Of a stretch of DNA of 64,000 bases, positions 34,337-48,115 are shown in pieces; positions within the stretch are counted from its first letter, which is position 1, and every line of letters begins with the position of its first letter. Origin of the DNA: Glaucostegus cemiculus (taxonomy: Eukaryota); contig CDPCPM010000681.1 in assembly GCA_976551045.1 (NCBI GenBank), positions 1 through 64,000 of the forward strand. Reading direction: 5' to 3'. The notes below the pieces were generated by a model. It worked only from the letters and a program-made list of their open reading frames with translations. It ran no database searches and was not told where the DNA came from. The translations under genes and the position numbers were made by a program.

Positions 34337-35964
34337 CTAGGATTAAAAAAATCACAAAAATCATTGATAAACATCAAGCAAAACAGGAATGAGTTACATA
34401 CAAGAATCACAGGAATTAATGATACAGAGAGGTCTAAGCAACACTGTGTAATGGCAGACAAAGCTCCGTTTGATGGGACAGAGTGCAGAAAGTGGCAGAT
34501 GTAATGCATACATACGGGAGAATGGGAACACGCACAAGAATCAAACTACGCTGGAATAACCAAGGTCGACAGGCCCAGGGCCCTCTCACCACACAACGAT
34601 ATCTCCAACTAACCTACAGCAGCAACCGGACTGGTGAATCTGAGAACCCAAGGAATGGAGGAGTCCAGTCTGAGGAGCTCACCTTCATGGATCCCTCACT
34701 TGTGGTACTGTGTGCAGCTCTGGGCCCAAAGACGGAGGCACCTTCACCATTGGAGCAGTGCAGAGCCCGATACAAGCCTAGTTTGGGGTTAACTCGGAGG
34801 AAAGACTGGATAAACCTGCTTCATCAATCCTGGAAGTTAATCTCTGATAACTAAGTTTCTAGAGGTTTGCAAGATTGCTTTTAGCATAAGATTATTAAAC
34901 CATTAACAGGATATTCCAATATGTTTCCTGATCTAGACATGCAGCCTGTGGAACAGAGGTGTATAGGCTCACGTTAGTGAATGGTAAGTGAAGGCATCAG
35001 GGAGTCCATCATTATGGTGACCAGTGGCCTTTAAGGAATAATGTACAGGACAAACATTAACTACACAGATGACAACCAGACCTCCACTGTCAAATAAACA
35101 AATGAAGAGTACGATGAAGGTAATAGACCTCAAATCCAGATGAAGAAATAATTTAAAACAAGGTTGTCCGGGGGGGGGGGTAACCACCGGGAAACAATGA
35201 TTACAGAAGAACATCAGGTCCTGGTTCACCGCCAGGGCAGCAACCTCCACAGCCCCATTCCCCTCCTCATTTCCTGGTAGCCCTGCAGCCAATTCTCCCT
35301 CACACATGCCCACCACCTCCCCTTAACCGATCACCTGCACCAGGGCAATTTACCCGCCATGTTTTTGGGATGTGGAGGAAACCCGAACTCACGTGGTTGC
35401 AGGAAGAAGGTGCAAACTCCAGCAGTGCCAGAGGCTGCCATCGAACTCGGGTGGGTGGAGCTGAGAGGCAGCTGTTCTACCAGCTGCACCGCTCTGCTGT
35501 GCTGCCCTACCCACAAGGTGACAATTCTTTCAGCACATCAGTGGGGGAGGCATCAGTGACAAGGTGAACACCACAGAAGGCTGCAGTAGATCCAAGAATG
35601 TGTGAGAGAGTCAATGTTCCGACTGATTAAATCACCACATGGGACTGGAATAATGCACGATCTCCTCAACACAGGCAGCTTCACTGTACGTGAGACGAGA
35701 CTGAGACAGACGGAAAGAGCTCTCGACAAAATCACCAGGGATCAGCACCAGCACTGCATTAGCAATTAAAGAGACTTTGATGTTGGGAATGTAGTGAGAT
35801 TAGAACTGGGTCAATTGGTCTCTGTTCAAAGAAAGAAGAGACAGGCAATGGCAAACTCACCAACCTTCAAGCAGGCACTGGAACTGACCATCAGTAGTCA
35901 GCCCAAGTGTTCTCTGCGTAACACCATGGTAAATGTACAAGACAGGGATTCAAAAAGGAATTGG

Positions 35965-36420
35965 AATATTATTGTTACTAGTACTGAGGTACAGTGAAAA
36001 ACTTGTCTTGCATACCATTCATACAGATCAATTCATTACACAGTGCATTGAGGTAATAGAGGTAAAATAATATAGAAAGCAGAATAAAGTGTTACAGTTA
36101 CAGAGAAAGTGCAGTGCAGGCAGACAATAAGGTGCAGGGTATTAACGAGGTAGATTGTGAGATCAAGAGTGCATCTCATCGTACTAGGGCACCGTTCAAT
36201 AGTCTTATAACAGCAGGGTAGAAGCTGTCCTTGAGCCTGGTGGTATGTGCTTTCAGGCTTTTTACCTTCTGCCCGATTTGGGGGGGGGGGGGGGGGTAGA
36301 AGAGAGAATGTCTGGGGTGGGTGGGGTCTGTGATTATGTCGGCTGCTTTACTGAGGCAGCAAAAAGTGTAGACAGAGTCCACGGACGGGAGGCTGGTGTC
36401 CGTGATGTGCTGAGCTGTGG
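35965..36420 (-). mobile_element. Rex1/Babar LINE 3' fragment, subfamily C
   Basis: SLKAHTTRLKDSFYPAVIRLLNG; 3' UTR like that at 54.9-55.1 kb. Confidence 0.82.
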
Positions 36421-36904
36421 AGGCATATCTGTGTAACCCACTCTGCGCAAGTCAGAAGTGGACTGAGAGCTACATGAAATAACGTCGTTGAAATAAAAGA
36501 CCAAATAGTCAAGTTAAAAGTTGTGGGAACTCCAGAGAGCAGATGAATTACTGGGGGCAAACTTTCTCTCATCTATTAACCTGTCAGTCTGATGTTTTAA
36601 CACAAATTGAGAGAGAATTTTCACCAATAACATTCCAAACATGTACCAGTAATTCATTGGGTCAATTGAACAACATGAAGACATTTTACAAAACCAATAT
36701 TAAGGTGAATTAAAACTACCTGACTGGAGAACAAAAAACTCAAGACAATGCCAAATGTCAAATCATGTATTTCAACAGGTGAAAATCTCCGTTCATCAGG
36801 CTGCAATGTTATGGTGAAGGGAAGGGCTGGTTAGAAGAGAGAGAGAGGGGGTGCAGGTATATACTCCCAACATCTTGAAACACCAAGGAATACAAGGCCA
36901 TGAG

Positions 36905-37210
36905 GAACATCGAACAGTACAGCACAATACAGGCCCTTCGGCCCACAATGTTGTGCCGACCTTTAAACCTCGCCTAAGACTATCTAACCCCTTCCTCTCA
37001 CATATCCCTCTATTTTAAATTCCTCCATATGCGTATCTAGTAATCTCTTGAATTTGACCAATGTACCTGCCTCCAACCAGCCCCAGGCAGCACATTCCAT
37101 ACCCCAACCACTCTCTGGGTAAAAAGCCTCCTTCTGATATCTCCCTTGGACTTCCCACCATTACCTTAAAGCCGTGCCCTCTTGTATTGAGCACCGGTGC
37201 CCTGGGAAAG
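36905..37210 (-). mobile_element. CR1 LINE 3' end
   Basis: gaacagtacagcacaatacaggcccttcggccc tail; NTRGHGFKV peptide. Confidence 0.8.
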
Positions 37211-37379
37211 TGCTGGCAAATGGGATGTGTGAAGATGGTCTGCACGGACATGGTGGGCCGAAGGGCCTGTTTCTGTGCTGTGCAGCTATAAATGCAGTAG
37301 GAGTGAAGGTAAATGACCCAGACTGAAGGCACAAAAGGGGGTGCAAGGAGAGGGATCTGGGGCTCTGGGCGCATGGGTC

Positions 37380-38065
37380 GTATAAAGCAACAGGACAGGG
37401 TGAGAACGCATGTGTAAAATGCAAAGCACATCGGATTCTGGGCACCGAGTCCAAGAAATAAAGGTTGTGGTGACTCTTTATAAAACTGTGGTTTAGCCAC
37501 AGCAGGACACTGTTCCCAGTTCTAGGCACCACACTTACGGGAAGCTGGGAAAGATTTGAAGAATCTGAAGAGATTTATTAAAATAACTTCAGGGACGAGG
37601 AATCTTAGAGCCGTGGATGGAATGGAGAAGGTGGGGTTGTTCTCTTTGGAACAGAGGAGGTTATGAGGGGATCTGATAGAGGGATTTAAGATGGTTAAGG
37701 GTGTAAATGGAGAGAGACTGTTCCCATTGCCAGAGGGGTCAAGAACCAGAAGACACAATGAAGATCATTGGCAAGAGAACCAAAAGTAATGTAAGAATTT
37801 TTAAAAAAAACTCAGCATGTGGTTCAGATCTGGGATACATTACTGGGACAGTATTGAGAGTTGGGTAAAACTCAGCATGTGGTTCGGATCTGGGATACAT
37901 TACTGGGGCAGTATTGAGAGTTGGGTAAATATCTGAAAGAATTGACAGGGCAATGGAGAGAGGATAGGGGAATGGAAATTGCTGAGCATTCTTAGATAGA
38001 GTTAGTACAGACTCAGAGGGCCGAAGGGCTTCCTTTCATGCTGTAGCTATTCTGTGATTCTGTGA
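37380..38065 (+). mobile_element. Decayed CR1 LINE 3' fragment with an internal 60-bp tandem duplication (37807-37929)
   Basis: ttgttctctttggaacagaggagg..ggggatctgatagag; duplicated aaaactcagcatgtggttc...ttgggtaaa. Confidence 0.75.
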
Positions 38066-38114
38066 GTGAGACCATCTACAGAGCAGAGCAAGAGGGCAGC
38101 CTGGAAACACTTAC

Positions 38115-38189
38115 GTTTTAGCTTATTTCGGACTTTGTTTGCTGTTCCCTTGATCGAGAGTGTTAACTCCTCAAGTTCTTCTTTGGTTT
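38115..38189 (-). CDS. STX2: Syntaxin-2 exon 4 (KTKEELEELTLSIKGTANKVRNKLK; helix b)
   Basis: 75 nt, aag|...|gtaagt; phase 1-1 fits the neighbouring exons. Confidence 0.94.
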
Positions 38190-40069
38190 CTTAAAAATGA
38201 AAAGTTTTAAATGAACTTGCAAATTTATAGAAATGGAATATTTGTTCAACATATTGATTCCGTCATTAAACTTGGCTGCAATTCATAACACGCATTAACA
38301 CCTGCCCAGTTTTAAATTCAAAATACCCGTAGTGTTTTATTTGCTGATTTGGAATGGAAGGCAGATTTATATCACAACTAATCAAATGCGGTCCATTCTA
38401 TAATAGTTAGGAAATGTAAGACGCACTGTGTCGAGCCATCGGCAGGAAACAGCACTGAGATAAATCACCAGGTTAGCTGCTCTCCTTACTGACAACTTGC
38501 TGCAGATTTCCAGCATTTTTGGTTCTTCTCCAAGAGCTGGAAAACCATGCCAGGACAGAGCTCCATTCCTTCTGCACATCACCACACTAGTTCCAGTGAT
38601 TTATTAACCTCTTGCTGGGGCTCAGATGCACGGCTGGCACTGATCAGACACTCTTTTATCCTCTCTATTGCAAAGTGTTAAACAATGAAGGATTTCCTGC
38701 CATTTCCCCCTCAAGTTAGTCTCTTACAAGACATTATCTTTAATTACGTAAAATACAAGGACTATGGCACAGAAAGTTGTTCCCGTGTTAGATTTAAACA
38801 AAAATCCATAAACAATTCTTCACAGGCACAGAGCTAAAGCAATTTAATAACTTCATTGTATTTTTAATCCTTTTTGGTGCAGTTATTGATGAGTGGACAT
38901 CTCTGGCAAGGCCAGCATTCATTGCCCGTGCCAAACTGCCCTCAAGGCGGTGGCCAGCTACCTTCTTCAACCACTGCAGCTCTTCTGGTGAAGGTGCTCC
39001 TGGGAAGGGAGCTTCAAGACTTAAACCCAGCGGCGATGAAGGAACGGTGACACATTTCCAAATGAAGATGGTGTGTGGCTTGGAGGGGAACCTGCAAGGT
39101 GTGTGCCCCTGCTCCTGATGCCCTTTTCCTGAAGAAGTCTTAGCTTTGGGAGTTGCTGTCAGAGTAGCCCAGGCAAGTAACAGTGCATTTTGTAGGTGGT
39201 ACACACTGCAGCTATTGTGCGGCTGTGGCGGAGGGAGAGTGTGCTTAGGAGGTGGATGGGAGGCAAATCAAGCAGGATCCTTTGTCCAGGATGGTGTTGA
39301 GCTTGACATTTGTTAGAGCTGCATTCGTGCAGGTAAGTGGAGAGTGTTCCATCACACTCCTGACTTTACCTTTGTAGATGGAGGAGTCAGACACAGAAAA
39401 TGGGACATTCACTAGACTATAATTGAGATTTCCTCACCTCAATGCCTCATTAAAACAGACCATTCTTCTTCAAGCAAATGCAGCTAGAAACTACTTTTAA
39501 TGAACTACTGTAGCAATGAACTTGTTGGGACATCTTGTTATGAAAAACATGAAATAAATGCAATTACTACTCTATTGAAAAGGGCAGCTATGATGGAAAC
39601 AGCCAAGTACTCCCCTGGGCCAATCCTGTACCGAACCACTCAACCACAGGGAAAACCAGAGGTGAGACTCTGGGATGATTTCAACTGAAATGTTTCAGGA
39701 AAACACCTTGGATAGTCTCCCTTGTCTGGGAGCCTGGTGGGTAACTGAACAAGACAGCAGGGTTCCTGTCTGACTTAGCTTTCACCTGCCATAACTCACC
39801 TCACCATCGCTGGACACGGGGCAGAGTGAAGGATCAGCACGAGGTGGGATGTCCCAGCTCCATACTGGGAATCCCCTCTTGCTGGGGAGGGGGTGTGGCC
39901 GGAGAGGGTTAGCCCAGACAGTCACTGGTAACCAGCTGATGGCGACTCAGGAGTTAGCTGGGCTGCTGGGGCAGGACATAGCCGAGGGGGGGGGGGGGGC
40001 AAGCGTTACCCAGGGCTGTAGCTGACTACAGGTGCTGAAGGAGATTTGAGGGGATGCTGCTGGGATGAG

Positions 40070-40632
40070 CATTAGGAGCAGAATCAGGCCATTCAGTCCA
40101 TCAAGTGTGCACCACCATTTAATAATGGCTGATTTTTTTCAACCCCATTCTCACACCTTCTCCCTGTAACCCTAACCAATCAGGATCCCACCAATCTCCG
40201 CCTTAAACACACCCGATGACTTGGCCTCCACAGCCGTCTGTGGCAACAAATTCCACAGATTCACCGCCCTCTGGCTGAAGAAATTCCTCCTCATCCCAGT
40301 TCTAAAGGGACATCCTTCTATTCTGAGGCTGTGCCCTCAGATCCCGGACTCTCCCACTGATGGGAACACCCTCTCCACATCCACTCTAGCCAGGCCTTTC
40401 AGTATTTGGTAAGTTTCAATGAGGTTCTCCCCTGCCCCACACCCCCCCTTCCTTCACAACTCCAGTGGGTAAAGGCCCAGAGCCACAAAACACTCCTCAT
40501 ACATTAACCCTTTCATCCCTGGGATTATTCTTGTGAATCTCCTCAGGACCCTCTCCAGGACCAGCACATCTTTCCTTAGATACAGGCCCCAAAATTGCTC
40601 ACATTATTCCAAATGCGGTCTGACCAACGCCA
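40070..40632 (-). mobile_element. CR1 LINE 3' fragment
   Basis: Reverse complement encodes ALVRPHLE.CEQFWG and has a CR1-type tail. Confidence 0.8.
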
Positions 40633-43600
40633 ATGGATGAGAAGGGAGACGGTGTGCAGGCAGTCCTTCCTTCAGGAGCACTGGAATATAAGATTCAGGA
40701 TTGAACACAAATCCACAGACTCAGTCCGTTAGGATGGGGGTAAGGGTGGCAGCAGTTGTGGCCAGCATGGTGGGCAAGACCTTGGTCGTTGGACATGGGA
40801 TGGTGGACAGCCGAGAGGGCTTCTGCAGAGGAAGAGGGGGGCAATGTGGAAGCCCACCATGCTTCCCCACCTCGCTGCTAAGGTACAACTTGTAAAGAGA
40901 AGAGGAGAGGACATGAGATACATCTTTGGGAAGGATTCTACATCCAACTGGTTGGTCTGAAAGGACAAACCATGAACAGGGAGGCTGGAACCAGGGGAAC
41001 TGCAGAGAGTTCCACAAAAGAAAGGCCCCAAAGGGATAGTACATCAGACAGAATGGCCTTGTGAAGCTGAACCACCACTGTGTGAAGGACAGAAATACAC
41101 TCGGACATCTCTGCCTGTTGAGTGGATTTGTTCTGGCGGTTGACTTCTCTGGGACAACCCAAGAAATGTTGGTGAGGTAGCTGCCAGTGAAGCTCACTGT
41201 GGAATGGCAGCACCAGCCTACAGCTCTGGCTGGTTGGCACAGCACAGATGGGCCAAGTGGCCACCTTCATCTTCTACACCGTATGGTCCTCTCCCAAGCT
41301 CATTAAATCCCATTTACACTGCACCCAGACACAAAGCTGTCACGTGATTCTTCACTACAGTCTGAACATGTGAATAAAACACATGGCTAATGATAAACTC
41401 CTCGATGAAAAACAGAAAATGCTGAAAACACTCAGCGGCTCAGGCTGCATCGGCGGGAAGAGAAACAGAGGTAATGCTTCATGAAGAAGACCCTTTGTCA
41501 GCTGAGTATTCCTACAGGTTTCTGTTTTTATTTTACAATTCCAGCATCTGCAGTTTTTTAAAAATTTAAACTTCTCAATTATGCTCATTTGCAACTAGAT
41601 TAGAAATTGAGGATATGAAGTTCACCACACAAATTCAACGACAAAATTCAGTCTTGAAACTTGCAGTTAACACCCTTAGCTGAAACAACTAATCTTCACT
41701 CTCCTCCACCCTTGGACAACGCTGGCCAACCTGACTGCAGCTGGAAGACCAGAACAGGACAGCCAGCTAAAATGCTAATTATAAATCTCTAACACATCCA
41801 CAGATGTCCTTATTTCCCCATTTAAAATTAAATCTTATTAGAAATGCTTCAAAAGGGAACATCTACTCATGTTGATTATTCTTCTTACTTTGGGTTTCAC
41901 TTTATATTTGTTAGTTTGCAAGGGGATCAAGTACGAAAGGAGGGAGTGATGCTTCAGGTCTCTGCTGAGACCACATCTACAATCCTGTAGAGGAATGGTC
42001 TTCTTATTTAAGTGAGGATGTTAATGTGTTGGAAACAGTTGAGAGATTTACTGGACTGACACCTGGAACAGGATGGTTGTTGCACAAGGAACAGTCGGAC
42101 AGGTTAGGCCACCAGTGCTGGGAATGGCGAGAAGGGACTTGATTGAAACACAAGATCCTGAGGGGATCACCCAGGACAATTCCCAACATTCCCCTGGAAT
42201 CCCAGAATGGCTTATATCAAGTTCATTGTCATGGGCACACACACCCAGGGTATAAATGCCATGAAAATTAGCTTTTTACAGCAGCAGTACATTACAGACA
42301 TGACATAAATTATGTAAAATCTGTGTCAACTTAAACAAGATAAACAATGACACCCTCAAAACAGACTATGTATTCAATCACATACAGCTAACTCACATTC
42401 AATCACACACACTGTGCACAGCTGCCTACAAACCCATGGAGAAAACAGCCCCGAGCTTGTGCCAAGGTGACGGGTGACTAAACTTGTCAGCTCATCACTC
42501 TGTTATCTTTCAACATACTTTCAATCTCCAGCTAAGATTACACCTTGCAGTATACATTGCACCAAAGTGAAGCAGAGGGATGACACAGCACATTCACGCC
42601 CTGACTCAGCTGATTTTCCACAGTCCACATACAGATGGACTCCTACTCTGTCTAAAGCAGTCACATCCAGGAAACATACGCCTGCCCTCGAGGGCAGGAA
42701 AGATCCACCGTTGCCCCCCTGGGGTCCACCTGCCATCAGGTTATCAGTCGGGTCTCTACTCTTTCTTTAGATTATTCCCCTGTGGGTGGAGGGGCATTAG
42801 TGGTGAGACCAGGGTTTATTGCCCCTCCCTAAGCTGAGCCACCTTCCTGAACCACTGCAGCCCCTCTGGTGAAGGTGGGGAGGGAGTTCCAGGCTTTAGA
42901 CCTAGGGATGAGGAGGAAGTCCTCTCTGTGTGGAGAGCACCGAGCCCGGAACCACTAGGGGAGGGGGGAGGAATTCTGCTGTGAGAGGGCCTCACTGCAT
43001 CACTGGACTAGTCTCCCCCAGAACTGTGGAAGCTCAGGCTAACTGGGTACAGTGAAGTCTTAGGTAAATGGGTTCTGGACATTGACCCAGAAACAAGAGT
43101 TCAAATCCTATTGCGGCAGCTGGGGGTATAAATTCAAGTGATCCACATGTCCCTCCACCCTACCCGGTGTAGCCCACGGGTGATTCCAGTCTAACCAACG
43201 AGGTCAGCTCTCCAGCCCCCTCAGTTCAATAAATGCCATTGACGCCAGCATCCCATCACTCAAACAAGTAAAAAATGCCCAAGAACCAGATCACAAAGGT
43301 CGACTGCTGTTTCAGTTCCACCAAGACGACTTGATTTAGTTGAGCCTGCAAGTAACCATGCAATTTCAAACCATGGTTTGAATGGTATGGATGTGGTCAA
43401 GGTTCCTTCACCTGACATGCTTGGTAGTAGAAGATTTTTCAGAGCAATGCAGTGTGAATACTTCAATAGGTAGGAGATCTTCTGCTCAGTATTGGATAAT
43501 CCTTTAAACCATCCACCAAAGGCAGCAAGTTGTCTATCAAAACCCCTCAACACCTTCCGTGGATCTTGTAACCTCAGTCTCAGCTCCTCCACCTCATTGA

Positions 43601-43759
43601 AGTGCCTCATTCGTCGGATCACCCTCTGCACTTCCTCGGCCTTCCCACGAAGCGGTGCCTACAATGAACACAGCTCAGGCCTAACCAGTCACTCCTCGCA
43701 CTAATACAGTTCCACTGTCTTTAGTTACCCGTGCTATGCTGGCAGACTGTGCAAACACC

Positions 43760-44596
43760 CCGCTGACCATCAACGGGTCTGCTGTGGAACAAGTACGCAG
43801 CACCAAGTTCCTGGGGGTGCACATCACCAACAACCTGACCTGGTCCACTAACATTACGGCCCTCACGAAGAAAGCTCAGAAACGCCTCTACTTCCTGCTG
43901 AGACTGAGGAAAGCGTACCCCCATCCCTCCGTCATGAAAACCTTCTATAGGGGGACCATTGAGAGCATCCTTACTCAATGTATCACTGTTTGGTTTGGAA
44001 GCTGCTCAGCTGCTGGGCGGAAGTCCCTCCAGAAGATAGTTAGGGCTGCGGAGTGGATCATAGGTGTCTCGCTTCCATCCCTCGCAGACATATACAAAGA
44101 CCGTTGTGTGAGGAAGACCAAAAGCATAATGGCCGACCCTTCTCACCCCTCCCACCACCTCTTCACAATTTTGCCATCAGGGAGGAGGCTTAAATGTATC
44201 AGGGCAAGAACGTCCAGGCTGAACAATAGCTTCTTTCCGCAAGCCATCAGAACTGCAAACTCTCTCATCCCTCCATCTTCCTTTGTTAACACTAAGGGAT
44301 GCTAGGTGCACAGAAATGCACCAGCACTTTAAATGCCCGACATCAGCCCGTTCACTTTAGTAACTATTTATTTATTTACCGGCCATTTTTAATTTAATCA
44401 GCGTAATAATTTAATTTTAACTTCAGTAGCTTTTAATGTCTAATGTTTTGTAATGTTTATTCTGTCAAGTGTGTATGTGTGTCTCTGTTGGTTGTTATGT
44501 TATTTTATGGGACGAGCACCTGAGGAGGACGGTATCTCGCTCCTGTGCATACTATGTATGTATATGGTTGTGACAATAAAACTGATTCTGATTCTG
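43760..44596 (+). mobile_element. Young 5'-truncated Rex1/Babar LINE, subfamily A
   Basis: Open ORF to 44305 (KFLGVHIT.NLTWS..KKAQKRLYFL..DPSHPSHHLF..LPSGRR); AATAAA and (GATTCT)n tail; candidate TSD aaacacc at 43753-43759 and 44597-44603. Confidence 0.9.
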
Positions 44597-45699
44597 AAAC
44601 ACCTGTAGGAACTAGCAATCATTCTGCGCTCACTCCCTCTGGGATCAGAGCACCTGGTAGGAGTGTGCACACATACACGCCTGCCCGCTCACAGAAAACC
44701 TCTACCCTTCTGGTTTCTTGATGTTTCCATCTATATCAATAAAAATATTGTCAAAGCAAATAAAACCAATTTCTATCAATGTGACAGTAACCCCAGGAGA
44801 GATGGGCGGTGGATTATCAAAATCATTTCCAGGCGTATTGAACACACCGAAGTTATGGACAATAATGCAGAGATTCACAGTCCCTCTTCAGATGGGAATC
44901 CAGGAGTTGAGAGGTTGCTGACTCCGGCAAAATTAATGGGACCACCGGCTGAACGAACCTCCCACATCAGCAGGGTGTGACTTCATGTCGGTGACCCAGG
45001 CTCACGTTCCCAGAGTTCATAAGACGTAGCAGCAGAATTAGGCCATTCAGCCTAATTCAGCACCAGGCCTTCTGTGTCAGATAAGGCAACAAGTGTCACC
45101 CAGTGTGAGGTGAGGCCTGAAGTCTGAATACTTTCCATCCAGCAAGGTTTACTGAGCAGTAACCGACTTGCAGTTAAATCACAAACTGGAGCCTTTAAGA
45201 ACACCACAGCTCCCTTTACACTGTAATACCGTGGGGATCAACTTATCAGCAGTAACTAGGAGATCCTCACGTGTACAAAGTTCTAAAGCTTCAGCTGAGT
45301 TAGTCAATGCTATTTTACCTTGAACTAAGACTCAGCCATCAGAACTCTTGGCCTTAAAAGAGCAGTGTCTTCCAGCACTGTAATTCACTTAATCTTACAT
45401 GGAAAATGTTCCTGACAGCAGATCAACTGAAAGGAAGCAGTGCCATACACTTGCTTAGGAAGGAAATCCTATCCCGGAAACCTGCGTCCAGTACATACGG
45501 ACCATAACTTCCAAAACTCAGACCACATTTTAAAACTGCTTGTATATCGTAGGAAGAATTTCAATGTAAAATGATGGAATATCCTGCTATTATAAAACAC
45601 GGTAGTCCACAACTGTCCAAGTTGTATGAGATTTCAGTTAGTATTTAGTGAGCTGTGCTGTACATGGAAGCACATTGGAACACGAGTCTCCATTTAATT

Positions 45700-45942
45700 T
45701 TTTAATTTTATTTATTTACAGTGTGGTAACAGGCCCTTTCGGCCCAACAGCTCCGCGCCGCCCATTTTAAACCCCCAAGTTAACCTACCCATATGTCTTT
45801 GCGGTTCCAATGTCGTTAATGTCTTTCTGTCTTTGCGCCTCTCATTGTTTTTAACGTGACCAGCACCTTGATCTGTGGGGCACGGTATTTCGCTCCCGTG
45901 CTGCTGACTGTGCATATGGAAGTGACAGTAAGACTGACTCTG
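45700..45942. mobile_element. Type-2 SINE 3' half (minus) abutting a Rex-like 3' UTR (plus)
   Basis: 45700-45800 matches 19480-19580; 45805-45942 resembles the subfamily A 3' UTR. Confidence 0.6.
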
Positions 45943-46737
45943 AGGTGCTGGTCACTTGGTCCATCACACCCACGCCTTTCCCACACGGAAACATTCCATT
46001 TGCTTCGAGTTGTTGCTGAACGTCTTCCTTTTCAGGTAGCGTCTGCAAAATTCACCCCCTTTCTGGATCTTTTGCCGAATACCTGAAGCCTGCCAGAGTC
46101 GCACAGCACGGAAACGGGCCCGTTGGCCCCACCCATCCATGCTGACCGAGGTGCCCTCCTGAGCCAGTCCAGCCTGCTCTTGGCCTGTGTCCCTCTAAAC
46201 CTTCCCCATTCACCTACCATCTAAATGACTTCTAAATGTTATGATTGTACCTGCCTCTACCTCTTCCCCCGGCAGCTCGTTCCATATACCCTCAGGTCCC
46301 CTTTAAATCTTTTCCCTCTCACCTTAAACCAACAGACACTTCTGCCAGAAATGGGAAGAGTAAAAGGGCAGCTTAAGGGTCAGCATGGTCAACTGTGCGT
46401 GGAGCCAAAGGAAATGGGAGAGATTTTGTAAATGAATATTTCTCTTCAGATTTTACTGTAGAGAAAACGCGGGAAGCGGAGGGAAAGGGGAAATGAGGAG
46501 TGCTGTCTTGGACCTCTATGATTAGCAGAGAGTAGGGTTTGATGTGGAGAAATCCCCAGTTCTTTGTCCGAACTGGTAAGGTGAGAAAATAAGTTGTGGG
46601 GAGGGTGAGGGGATGGGTAGACAAGCCTATGGATTGGGCTCTGATAAGGCAAGGCCAGGGTTACCGTGGGAACAAGGTTATGTGGTCTTTGGGTTAATGG
46701 AGGGAGAACAGCACATTTGTTCATGAAATCTATGAAA

Positions 46738-47040
46738 TGAGAATCAGAACCAGTTTTATTGTCACCACTATATACACATTCAGCATGCATAGGAGCAAAA
46801 TACCGTACTCCACAGGTCAAGGTACTCATCACATTAAAAAAAGAAACAAACACTGAGAGACACAAAGACAGGGAGACACTAAAAACATTAGAACCACAAA
46901 ATTAAATAGCACAACTTAAGTAAATAATCTTAAAGTGAGCGTACTGGCAGTGGACATTTACAGTGCTGGTGCGTTTCTGTACGCCTAGCATCCTTTAGTG
47001 TTGGCGGGAGTGATGGAGGGATGAGGGAGTTCACAGTTCT
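46738..47040 (-). mobile_element. Older subfamily-A-like Rex1/Babar 3' end
   Basis: gaatcagaaccagttttattgtcac...cctagcatcctttagtgtt is the reverse complement of the A-type ORF end and UTR. Confidence 0.75.
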
Positions 47041-47299
47041 AATAGCTGGTGTGAGGACAGTTAGACTGAGAACACAAGAAAGTGCAAGAACTATGGCACA
47101 GAGTTGCAGGGTATACCCCAGGAAACGGAAACAATATCACAGGTGGATGAACTAGTCCTTCCTCACACAGACAAAGTGAGTTAGCTGGAGCTGTATAATT
47201 CAACATCAAGTCCTGAAGACTGCCACAAGCCCAGACAGGTGAGATCTTGCTCCTTACGCTTATTCTAACAGTGCGAGAGGTAGGACAGAGTGGAAACAT

Positions 47300-47780
47300 G
47301 ACGGACGACTAGAGGCAGGCAACAGGAAGTTCAGGGTCACTCCAGAGGACTGAAAGCAGGTGCTCTGCTAAGTAGTCACCTGATTTGCATGTGTTCTCTC
47401 CAGTGTAGAGGAGAGCACACTGTGAACACTGAACGCAGTGCACTAGGTCACTGCTGCAGCTGCAAGGACTGGTTTTATCCCTGGGTGCTGGGAAGGAAAG
47501 AGGGGAAGGAACGTGTTGCATTGTTTGTGGTCGCATGGGAAGGTGCTGTAAGATGGGAAGGGAAGTGAGAATGCAATCCCTTCAGCTGACGGGGAAGGGA
47601 ATGTGTGTCTGGTAGAGCTGGCAGATTCACTGAATGTGGAGGCTAGTGGTGTGGAAGGTGAGGACCAGGGGAACTCCGCCCTTGCTCTGTGCACAAGGGG
47701 GTGAGGGAAGAGGTGCAACACAGCCAAGGACACTCCTAGTTATGGTGGAAGGGTGACCATGGCTCAGGAGGAAGACACTT
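47300..47780 (-). mobile_element. Penelope-like element remnant (GIY-YIG endonuclease)
   Basis: CSSDLVHCVQCSQCALLYTGE...AEHL.SV...DPELPVAC resembles the PLE motif VYCIxCxxCxxLYIGET...EH. Confidence 0.72.
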
Positions 47781-48077
47781 CAGGGCACACCTGGGGAAAC
47801 CCGTGTGCTGACGGGGAACGTGCAAACTCCACACAGACAGCACTGAGGTCAGGATCGAATCTGGATCACTGGAGTCGAGGCAGTGGCACTACCCGCTGCT
47901 GGCACTACACTAACATGGTGTGATGCAACATTCAGCAGCAGATTCTCAATGGCTCATGCAGTGACATTGAGGCTAGATTACCAAACACAAGGAAGGGTGA
48001 ACTTCCCCTTTCAGGCTACTTCCCCAAGTTTCCTGTCACCAGTATGCTTCCAACATGTACAGCCTGAGCCTGGAGGG

Positions 48078-48115
48078 GAGAGGGAGGGAGGGAGGGAGGG
48101 AGGGAGGGAGGGAGG
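48078..48115. repeat. (GGGA)n microsatellite
   Basis: Directly visible. Confidence 0.85.

Noticed and set aside
43736-44305. Host protein-coding gene (also 55277-55798, 61105-61731, 8576-9502)
   Set aside because: These are 5'-truncated LINE ORF ends with retroelement tails and, in some cases, TSDs.
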